NCBI GenBank assembly: GCA_037479115.1
Contig: JBBFLK010000002.1
Span: forward strand, 148,040 to 212,039
Reading direction: 5' to 3'
DNA from: Anaerohalosphaeraceae bacterium
Lineage (GTDB): Bacteria > Planctomycetota > Phycisphaerae > Sedimentisphaerales > Anaerohalosphaeraceae
Length of the DNA stretch: 64,000 nt
Shown here piece by piece: positions 34,901-42,382 of this stretch. The notes beneath the pieces are model-generated. The model was given only the letters and a program-made list of their open reading frames with translations. It did no database searches and had not been told where the DNA came from. Position 1 is the stretch's first letter, and the number at the start of each line of letters is the position of its first letter. The position numbers were made by a program, and so were the translations under genes.

Positions 34901-35018
34901 TTTAACGAGCCAAGATTTTCCCTGCAACAAAAAAATGGGATTTTTAAAAAAATATTCTTAAATCAAAATAAGAAAAGGGGATATATTAATTAAAAAATGA
35001 GATTCCTCAAATGAAGCA

Positions 35019-37097
35019 TCAACCCTCCCCTCTAAATCCGCCGGGCGGCGACATAGGAGGCGGAAAACCGCCCGGAGCAAAGCCGCCTGGGGTTAATCCG
35101 CCGGGTGTAAAGCCGCCGGGGGTCGGCGACATCCCCGGTTGGGATGTTCGTCCGACAAATACGTCACTCTCGGCCTCTCGTTCAGCCTCCTGAACATCGC
35201 GATAGTTTTTCCGCAGTTCCGCTGTCCAGTTCGCCTGGCGGATAGGAAGTTTTGCAAGAATCCCATCCTCCTGCGCATAAAGCATGCTCACAAACTCCCG
35301 CCGGCGCAGAGCCGTCATTGCACCCGACCAATCTACTTCTGCAATTTGGTCCAAATAGAGATACGGGGTCGTAAAATCAATTTTCTCCGGAACGGAAGCC
35401 GCCGTTGTCCCCATACCGGGGCCTTCCATAGGCATCGGAAATGCAGCGCCCATCGGAGGAGGTACCGCCCCTTCCATCCCGAACCCTGCGCCGGTTTCCG
35501 CAGAAGCGGCGGTCCTTTTGACCTCAACTTCTGAACCGATGAGTTGTCCCGGGAGTACTTCAAACTCATGACTTCTCCAGCGGCCCATATAATATTTGGA
35601 AACGCGCACGTTCACCGCAATCGGGTTGGTTCTGGAAATATCCATCGGGAAAATATGAAGTGTTTTGGGAATCGAAGCAATCAGCGGTTCATTCCTTTTG
35701 GCGACAGTTTCCGCAAACGGCGTCCATAAAACGATTTGATTCTTGAACTCCTGCTGGTCCGGCTTAAACCAGTCCCTGCCGGCAATCGGATTAAACAGGC
35801 CGACTCGAATTCGGTATTGATAGGTTTTTCCCGGCTGAACGGTGTCATCATGAGCCCAAACCAGCAAAGGTTCGGTCCGCTTCCACCAGTCATCCGTCAG
35901 CAATTCTCTCTGGTAATCCCGCCAGATGTCTTCAACCGTTCGCTGGCGTGTTCCCGGTCGAGTTGCCACGCCCGGGGCCCCCATATCCGGAGGCATCACT
36001 CCGGGGCCGCCCGGCTGAGTTCGCCCGGGCTGCGGCTGTTCCCGACCCGGCTGCGGCTGACGTCCCGGCTGGCGTCCCGGCTGCCGCGCTCCTCCGGGCC
36101 CCGGCAAGCCGCCTTCCATCCCTCCCGGAGCCGTCCGGCCCGGACCCGCTCCCGCGGCGCCGGCCGCCTGCTGCTGCGCCAATCGACGCGCTTCATCCCG
36201 CTGCTGCTGAAGCAGCTTCTGGGCTTCTTCCAGATACGGGGGCGGCATCCAATACTGATACCGCGACGTAGCAAAATCATACGGCCGCTGCTGCAGAAGT
36301 GACGCCTGACGAATGCGTTCTTTAAATTGTTCTATTTGAACAGAAACGCCGCCGCCGCTGAGCTCTTCGGTTCGGTACGGCAGCTGGTCAAACAGTTTTT
36401 TATAAGCAATCGTCTGGGGGCTCGGCACCCGCTCCCAAGGCCCCCAAGAGCCGTCCGGAAGCTGTTCTCTACGCTGCAGCTCCACTCGGGCGGCAACAGG
36501 AACCGCCAAAACCGGGTCTTTATGGGCCGGACGAACTCCCAAGCCCATAAAGGCCGATTGAAACTGCTGCACAATCCGCCGGACATCCAGCCGGGCCGAA
36601 ACCGTCACAAAATCCACATCTCCTATCTGGACGGGAACATTCTCATACGGCAGCTCCGGCGTAACCTCTTCCGTCGGAACGTAAGCGGCCGAACGGATAT
36701 AAGCCATCTGAACATCCTGCAGCGGCGGAATCTCCGGCACAGCGTATTCCCGGTCTGTTTCGATCGGCTGACGCCCAATCCCGGGCAGCATCGGGTAAAC
36801 CTGCAGATTCAGGGTCGGAACAGAGGAAGCAAGGAGCCGTTCATAGGAGGGAATAAAATCCGGCAGCGGCAGTGATACCGTCTCCGACGCCCCCTCAATT
36901 CGTTCACGAAGACGTTCCGCTTTCTGAGCCAGCTTATTCTGGGCCGAACCGGGAGATTCCTTGCGCCCATCAATCACCGGACCGAACGGATTTCGAAAAA
37001 CAAACAGCCACAGCAGCCCCAGACTCAGCAGACCGATTCCGGCAAGAATGATTTTATCCAAATGCTGCTCAAGAAGATTTTCTCGTTTTTTGCTCAT
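35019..37097 (-). CDS. Bitopic membrane protein with Pro/Gly/Gln/Met-rich low-complexity tracts (function unknown), third gene of the PilM-like cluster
   Basis: 692 aa. One N-terminal TM (IILAGIGLLSLGLLWLFVF). Central tract PGRQPGRQPQPGREQPQPGRTQPGGPG. C-terminal tract TPGGFTPGGLTPGGFAPGGFPPPMSPPGGF. Confidence 0.75.
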   Translation of the reverse strand: MSKKRENLLEQHLDKIILAGIGLLSLGLLWLFVFRNPFGPVIDGRKESPGSAQNKLAQKAERLRERIEGASETVSLPLPDFIPSYERLLASSVPTLNLQVYPMLPGIGRQPIETDREYAVPEIPPLQDVQMAYIRSAAYVPTEEVTPELPYENVPVQIGDVDFVTVSARLDVRRIVQQFQSAFMGLGVRPAHKDPVLAVPVAARVELQRREQLPDGSWGPWERVPSPQTIAYKKLFDQLPYRTEELSGGGVSVQIEQFKERIRQASLLQQRPYDFATSRYQYWMPPPYLEEAQKLLQQQRDEARRLAQQQAAGAAGAGPGRTAPGGMEGGLPGPGGARQPGRQPGRQPQPGREQPQPGRTQPGGPGVMPPDMGAPGVATRPGTRQRTVEDIWRDYQRELLTDDWWKRTEPLLVWAHDDTVQPGKTYQYRIRVGLFNPIAGRDWFKPDQQEFKNQIVLWTPFAETVAKRNEPLIASIPKTLHIFPMDISRTNPIAVNVRVSKYYMGRWRSHEFEVLPGQLIGSEVEVKRTAASAETGAGFGMEGAVPPPMGAAFPMPMEGPGMGTTAASVPEKIDFTTPYLYLDQIAEVDWSGAMTALRRREFVSMLYAQEDGILAKLPIRQANWTAELRKNYRDVQEAEREAESDVFVGRTSQPGMSPTPGGFTPGGLTPGGFAPGGFPPPMSPPGGFRGEG
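35035..35124 (-). repeat. Tandem 15-bp coding repeat (about 6 units, 4 well preserved) encoding X-P-G-G-Phi pentapeptides
   Basis: Plus-strand units are aaaccgcccggagca / aagccgcctggggtt / aatccgccgggtgta / aagccgccgggggtc (35065-35124), plus degenerate units from 35035. Confidence 0.8.
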
Positions 37098-37160
37098 GAA
37101 AATATCCTGTGCTCATCATTTTCCGTTCGAACAGCTCATCCCGCAGCCGGCCTGTCATCA

Positions 37161-38507
37161 TCAATACCCCGCCGGCCCAAACGGCGCAGCAGAGGCACCC
37201 GCTGCAGATTGTCCCAGCAGGACCTTCACCGGCTCCGGTTTGATTTCATCATAGGCCTTGCGGACAAACAGATACTCGCAAACCAAGTCCACCCGCATCG
37301 CCGCATCGGTTCCGTACCGGTAATAATAATGCGAAGGGCTCTGCTTATCCACTGCGGAAAAAGTACTGGCCAAGATCGTAATCTGATTGTGGCGGCCCTG
37401 ACGAATTTCACCGTTTTCCTTAAACCCCTCCCGATAACTGTGGGGCCTGCTGGAACAAAGTTCTTTCAAAAACGCCTGCGTATAGCGGCTGTCCACAATC
37501 ACCGATACGGCAAAGTGAACTACATCAATGTCCTCGTTGCCGATTCGAGCCGTCCAGGGACGCGAAATCAGCGGGCTGGGCATACCGGGCAGGACATAAG
37601 CCGGCTGGTCAGATGTCATGCTGCCGCCGAATCCGCCAAACCCTCCGAAACGCGGAGACACAACTCCAGGCATCCCCCCGACCCCTCCGGACAGTCCCCC
37701 CGCAGGGACATCCGACACCGGACGCTGAAAACTCACCCCCATCAGCCGTTTAACGGGAGAATCCGCAACCCGCTCCGACCCCGTGTTCATCGCCTCAATC
37801 GCCGCCACTACATCTTCATAAATCCAATAGGCCGTTTGAGCAAACCAGCAGTCGCGCAGGGCCTGCTCGGCCCCCACAAACTGGTACGATTCCCAAAAAT
37901 CATACCAGGCAAAAACCCGCGGATGCGCATACATCGCAATTCGCTCCGCCCGAGCATTGCAAATCGCATTGACCATCGGATTGTCCGCCGCTCCCAACTG
38001 ACCCAATCCGGGCGTTCCTCCCAAAAACTCCCCGCCGCGAACGGCACCGACCGTCCCGCCGCCGGCCGCCCGAATTTCGCTTTCCGAGGGAGCATCGAGG
38101 GCCTTCAGTCGTTCGGTAATCATCTGTTCAATGGCCGCTCGATACCGTCGCCCGAAATCCAGATAGACCTGGGACGATGTGTCCTCGGATTTCGGAAAAA
38201 TTCCGTATTTAATCAGCTCACGCAGCGAGGACTGGATTGACATCCGCTGAACGGCTTCTGCATCCGCCCGATACTGCTGTAGAACTCTCTGAACCTGTTC
38301 GGCCTGCTCTTTCGGAGGGGTCGTTCGAGCCAGACTGTCGAGAGTCTGAGCCATTCGCTCCCAGTCCTGCTTTTTGGTGCTGACGGTTCGTCCAATCAGA
38401 ATCGTCGGAACGAACAGAACCAGCCCGACCAGCAGCAGCCCCGCCGGCAGCAGAAGAGCCGAATATTTTTTCAAATACCCCTTGATGATATCAATTACCA
38501 TATTCAT
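37161..38507 (-). CDS. Bitopic membrane protein with Gly-rich tracts (function unknown; possible PilO analogue), second gene of the PilM-like cluster
   Basis: 448 aa. N-terminal TM (ALLLPAGLLLVGLVLFVPTILIG), a coiled-coil-like segment, GGLSGGVGGMPGVVSPRFGGFGGFGGSM, and a Gly/Ala tail. Confidence 0.75.
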   Translation of the reverse strand: MNMVIDIIKGYLKKYSALLLPAGLLLVGLVLFVPTILIGRTVSTKKQDWERMAQTLDSLARTTPPKEQAEQVQRVLQQYRADAEAVQRMSIQSSLRELIKYGIFPKSEDTSSQVYLDFGRRYRAAIEQMITERLKALDAPSESEIRAAGGGTVGAVRGGEFLGGTPGLGQLGAADNPMVNAICNARAERIAMYAHPRVFAWYDFWESYQFVGAEQALRDCWFAQTAYWIYEDVVAAIEAMNTGSERVADSPVKRLMGVSFQRPVSDVPAGGLSGGVGGMPGVVSPRFGGFGGFGGSMTSDQPAYVLPGMPSPLISRPWTARIGNEDIDVVHFAVSVIVDSRYTQAFLKELCSSRPHSYREGFKENGEIRQGRHNQITILASTFSAVDKQSPSHYYYRYGTDAAMRVDLVCEYLFVRKAYDEIKPEPVKVLLGQSAAGASAAPFGPAGY

Positions 38508-38549
38508 GATTTAGTCTCACATCTGGATGATTGCTTCGCTATGATCTGC

Positions 38550-40943
38550 CTAAAAATCACCGCCGCCTCCGACGCCGCCGGGAGCTGTCGGAACAGCCGT
38601 TGGGAAAAATCCGCCGCCCATACCGCCTGTACTCATTTCCGGCACAACCGGGGCGTCTTTCCATACAAACTTGGCCTGAATCCGAAACCAGGAATCCCGC
38701 AAAATATATTGAGGTTCTCCGAAGGGGCTCTGTTTGACACGGCCCAAGTCCCGGTCCGTATAAGCCGGATTATTTCTAATATCCTCCGGCGTAATATAAT
38801 CCAGCGTTTTGCTGATTTCCTCCTCTGTCATCGGATCGATAAGGACAATCTCCCTGGTGACGCGAGTCGGAACCGCTCCGGTCATCCCGGGCATCATAGG
38901 ACCCGGCGCCGCCGTCATCCCCGGTGCGGCACCGGCCGGCTGAGTTGACGGAACCCGCTCCACCTCCCGGAGAATCCCGATTCCGGCCGGCATCTGCATA
39001 TCCGCCGGGTCCACGGCTCCGGATTCATCCCGAAAATGCCGGATATCGCCTTTGCCGAACAGCTCAAACGGCGTATCCGGAAACAGGGTTTTGAGATTCT
39101 CAAACCGGGTCACCACACCCCATCGTCTCGAGTCTGACCCGACCCCGGGCGGGTCCAGCAATTGAGCAATATTTTTATAAGGACTGTAGCCCTCAATTAA
39201 TACAACAAATCCCGCCTGCGGCGTTGTGCCGGCGGCTCCCATCATGTCTCCGCCGACCATACCAGGCCCCCCGAACATCTCTCCCGGCATCCCTCCGGGC
39301 CGCATGACAGGTCCGCCCATAAAGCCGCCCATCTCTCCGCCGAACCCGCCGCCGGGGCCAAATCCGCTTGCCCCCCGCCGGCTCCCCTGCGGAAAAGCCG
39401 CCGAGGCCAAATCCGGTGCAAACTGAATCTCCAGACGCGTCACAAACATAATTTTTCTTTCTGCACGCGGTATGGAGCGGATAGTCCGGATGTCTCCATT
39501 CACAAACGCCTCGTATAAAGCGGCGATTTCCGGCGTGTTGTCTTTATTTGGAAAACACTTCAAAAGGGTTTCATTCAGGAGAGGAATAATCTGCCGATAT
39601 TTGAACAAATCCAGCTCCTTTTGAACCTGCTGTTCAAACATCGGTTTTTGGCTTTCAAATTCTGAAACGGCTGAATTGATGCTTTGGGCCTGCTGCATTA
39701 CGGCCTGAACCGTCCGAAGGGCTCCGCTCTCGCGGGTGTACTGCTGAAGCAGACGGAAGGTCCAGAGCAGACAAACCAGACTGACCGCCAGAAAAACCCC
39801 GGCTGCAGCCGTAAAGACCCTCGCTTTGCGGGTCCAGGCCATTGCCCGGGCAATTCGGCGAGGCAGAAGATTGGTTTCAATCTTCGATTCGCCCAGCAGC
39901 TGAACCCCCAAACCGTATACCACACCGAACTCAGAAAGATTTTCATGAAACTTGGCCGCGGACACTTCCGGAGAAAGCGTCAGCCGCTCGAAGGAATCGG
40001 GCTTAATCACCGGAAGCCCCAGACTCTGCTGAAGATATTTGGTCAGTCCCTGAAGCTTAAAACCGCCCCCCAGCGCCAGTATGCGTGAAAATCCCTTATC
40101 CCGGCCGGCTCCGCTGGATGAATAAAACCCAAGACTTCGCTGAATTTCACCGGCCAAATCCGTATAAACCGGCTTCATCGCTGTGAAAATCTGCCGCATA
40201 TACTTGCTCATCGGGGCCGTCCGCTTGAGTTTTTCGGCCTTGGCAAACTTCAGCTTAAAGGCGTCGGCAATCGCTTCAGTAAACGTGTTGCCCCCGATTC
40301 GAATGCTGCGCTGCCAGACCGAATCGCGGGTGGCAATCACCAGCGTAGTGTTCTCGGCCCCCATGTCGAGAATAATGGTGGCTTTTCCGGCCGAAGCACT
40401 GATATCCTTCAGGTCATACAGCGCATAATTATACAGAGCAATCGGACTGATTTGCACACAGCTGACACGCAGATTTTCCCGACTGAAAAAGTCCAGCATC
40501 TCGGCGATGACTTCATTTTTGATGGCAAAAATCCCGACTTCCGTATCAGGGCTGTCCGGATTTTTCAGCAGCTGCCAATCCCACTCGACCTCATTGATAT
40601 CAAAGGGAATCTGCTGTACGGCTTCGAGAGGGACGATTTTGGGAATCCGCTTGGGGTCCACCGGCGGCATCTTGACCAGCCGGGCAAAACTGTTTTGACC
40701 GGCTATAGCAATGGCAACCTCTTCCCTGCCGACCTCATTTTCTTTCAGAAACTCTCGAAGGGTTTGTTGAATAGTTTCCCGGCGTTCTTCCGGTGTGACG
40801 TCTGCGGTGGAAAGAATTTTCGAGTGTTCCAGACAGGCAAAGCCCGCTACCTCCAGCCCTTCTGCACCCCGCCGGAGCCGCAAGGCCTTTAATGAGCAGG
40901 TTCCGATATCAATCCCCCAGACCGCATGCGACGCTTTGGCCAT
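38550..40943 (-). CDS. PilM-PilN fusion protein (GspL-like topology) with a long Gly/Met/Pro-rich periplasmic extension
   Basis: Actin-like ATPase motifs WGIDIGTCSLKAL, ILDMGAENTTLVIA, RIGGNTFTEAIA, ILALGGGFKLQGL. TM VFTAAAGVFLAVSLVCLLWTF. ATG at 40943 with an AAGGAAGAAAGGAA SD; the track ORF starts at 40970. Confidence 0.8.
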   Translation of the reverse strand: MAKASHAVWGIDIGTCSLKALRLRRGAEGLEVAGFACLEHSKILSTADVTPEERRETIQQTLREFLKENEVGREEVAIAIAGQNSFARLVKMPPVDPKRIPKIVPLEAVQQIPFDINEVEWDWQLLKNPDSPDTEVGIFAIKNEVIAEMLDFFSRENLRVSCVQISPIALYNYALYDLKDISASAGKATIILDMGAENTTLVIATRDSVWQRSIRIGGNTFTEAIADAFKLKFAKAEKLKRTAPMSKYMRQIFTAMKPVYTDLAGEIQRSLGFYSSSGAGRDKGFSRILALGGGFKLQGLTKYLQQSLGLPVIKPDSFERLTLSPEVSAAKFHENLSEFGVVYGLGVQLLGESKIETNLLPRRIARAMAWTRKARVFTAAAGVFLAVSLVCLLWTFRLLQQYTRESGALRTVQAVMQQAQSINSAVSEFESQKPMFEQQVQKELDLFKYRQIIPLLNETLLKCFPNKDNTPEIAALYEAFVNGDIRTIRSIPRAERKIMFVTRLEIQFAPDLASAAFPQGSRRGASGFGPGGGFGGEMGGFMGGPVMRPGGMPGEMFGGPGMVGGDMMGAAGTTPQAGFVVLIEGYSPYKNIAQLLDPPGVGSDSRRWGVVTRFENLKTLFPDTPFELFGKGDIRHFRDESGAVDPADMQMPAGIGILREVERVPSTQPAGAAPGMTAAPGPMMPGMTGAVPTRVTREIVLIDPMTEEEISKTLDYITPEDIRNNPAYTDRDLGRVKQSPFGEPQYILRDSWFRIQAKFVWKDAPVVPEMSTGGMGGGFFPTAVPTAPGGVGGGGDF

Positions 40944-40995
40944 GATGTTCCTTTCTTCCTTATGCTCCATCCGACGAGGCCGTCTGCAAAAAAAC

Positions 40996-41025
40996 TTGCA
41001 TCCGCCCCGCCGACGATTCTATAGT
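40996..41025 (+). promoter_or_regulatory. Candidate mtaB promoter (near-leaderless)
   Basis: TTGCAT (40996-41001), 18 nt, TATAGT (41020-41025), 9 nt, then ATG 41035. Confidence 0.35.
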
Positions 41026-41034
41026 AAGCCGTCT

Positions 41035-42372
41035 ATGAAACACTTTATCATTCATACGCTCGGCTGCAAAGTCAATCAATATGAAAGCTGCCAGATTGAA
41101 CAATGGCTGCGTTCTCACGGCGTCTGCCCCGCCCCCTCCGGTTCTCCGGCCGACCTGGTTATCGTCAACACCTGCTGCATCACCCAAACCGCTGCTTCGA
41201 AAAGCCGTCAGGCCGTCCGCAAACTCCACAAGCAGAACCCCTCCGCCCTTCTGATTCTTACCGGCTGCCTGTCCGCAGCTACCGCCGAGGAAACCGCCGA
41301 CCTGCCGAAAACCGCCGTCTGGGCCGCCGATAAACATCAGCTGCTGGATATTCTGCGTTCTTTGTCCGACTCATCTGAAGACAGAGTATCCAACGGAATC
41401 AGTAAAACACCATTTTCCTATAAAATCAAGCACAAAAACGACCTGGACATACAACAATTTCCCGACTGCGACCCTTTCGGTCCGCTGAACAGTTTTTCCG
41501 GCCAAACCCGCGCCTTTCTGAAAATCCAGGACGGCTGCGATGTTTTCTGCACCTATTGTATTGTTCCAAAAATCCGCAAAAAACTCTGGAGCAAACCCAC
41601 AGATGTAATTCTTCGGGAAGCAGAGGACCTTCTTGCTGCCGGACATAAAGAAATTGTCCTGACAGGCATCTTTCTGGGGGCATGGGGGCGCAGCACAGCC
41701 CGTCGGAAACACTGGAAGCCTGACGAACCCAACCCTCTTGTCTCTCTTTTGAAACAGATTTTAAAGCTTCCGAATCTTATCCGCCTTCGGCTCAGCTCCC
41801 TGGAGCCGGCGGATGTAACGGATGAACTCATTGAAGTCTATCAACAATATCCGAATCTGGTTCCGCATCTTCATCTTCCCCTTCAATCCGGCTCGGACCG
41901 CATCCTGAAACGGATGGCCCGACAATACACGTCAGAGGAATATTTGAATATCTGCCGAAAACTGCAGGAACGGTTGGACCGACCGGCCATCACGACGGAT
42001 ATTATCGTCGGTTTTCCCGGAGAAACGGAAGAGGATTTCGAAAAAACTGTTGAAGTTTGCCGTCAGGTTGGATTCGCAAAAATGCATATTTTCCCATTCA
42101 GCCCCAGACGGGGTACAGCGGCCGCTCGAATGAAACCGCCTGTCCCCGCGGGAGTCATCCGCAGGCGCGCAGAGAAACTTCAGAAACTGGATAAGGAACT
42201 TCAGGAAAAGTTTCGACGTCAGTTTATCGGCCAGACTGTTCGTGTGATTCTCGAACAGACAAATCCCCCCGCAGGCCGCTGCGACCGGTACTTTATGGTA
42301 GATTGCTCAACCGCCGAGTTTCCTGAGCCGCCCCTCCAGGGGCAAGTCGTTTCAATCCGCCTGGACCGTTAA
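41035..42372 (+). CDS. mtaB: tRNA methylthiotransferase, MtaB-like (radical SAM, UPF0004 + TRAM)
   Basis: MKHFIIHTLGCKVNQYES..., radical SAM DGCDVFCTYC, C-terminal TRAM-like domain. The track ORF from 40795 is an over-extension. Confidence 0.8.
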   Translation: MKHFIIHTLGCKVNQYESCQIEQWLRSHGVCPAPSGSPADLVIVNTCCITQTAASKSRQAVRKLHKQNPSALLILTGCLSAATAEETADLPKTAVWAADKHQLLDILRSLSDSSEDRVSNGISKTPFSYKIKHKNDLDIQQFPDCDPFGPLNSFSGQTRAFLKIQDGCDVFCTYCIVPKIRKKLWSKPTDVILREAEDLLAAGHKEIVLTGIFLGAWGRSTARRKHWKPDEPNPLVSLLKQILKLPNLIRLRLSSLEPADVTDELIEVYQQYPNLVPHLHLPLQSGSDRILKRMARQYTSEEYLNICRKLQERLDRPAITTDIIVGFPGETEEDFEKTVEVCRQVGFAKMHIFPFSPRRGTAAARMKPPVPAGVIRRRAEKLQKLDKELQEKFRRQFIGQTVRVILEQTNPPAGRCDRYFMVDCSTAEFPEPPLQGQVVSIRLDR

Positions 42373-42382
42373 GTCCTGTGTA

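Noticed and set aside
35950-36190. Repetitive DNA (cccggctg-type units) considered as a possible CRISPR or non-coding repeat array
   Set aside because: The units are in-frame codon repeats that encode the PGRQPGRQPQPGR tract of the 692-aa protein. There is no spacer-repeat architecture. No CRISPR array, tRNA, rRNA, transposase or integrase was recognised anywhere in the window.
37062-38240. 392-aa + strand ORF overlapping the 448-aa hypothetical gene
   Set aside because: Arg/Pro-rich shadow. The minus-strand frame has a clean TM helix, an ATG start and sensible composition, and forms part of a co-oriented cluster.
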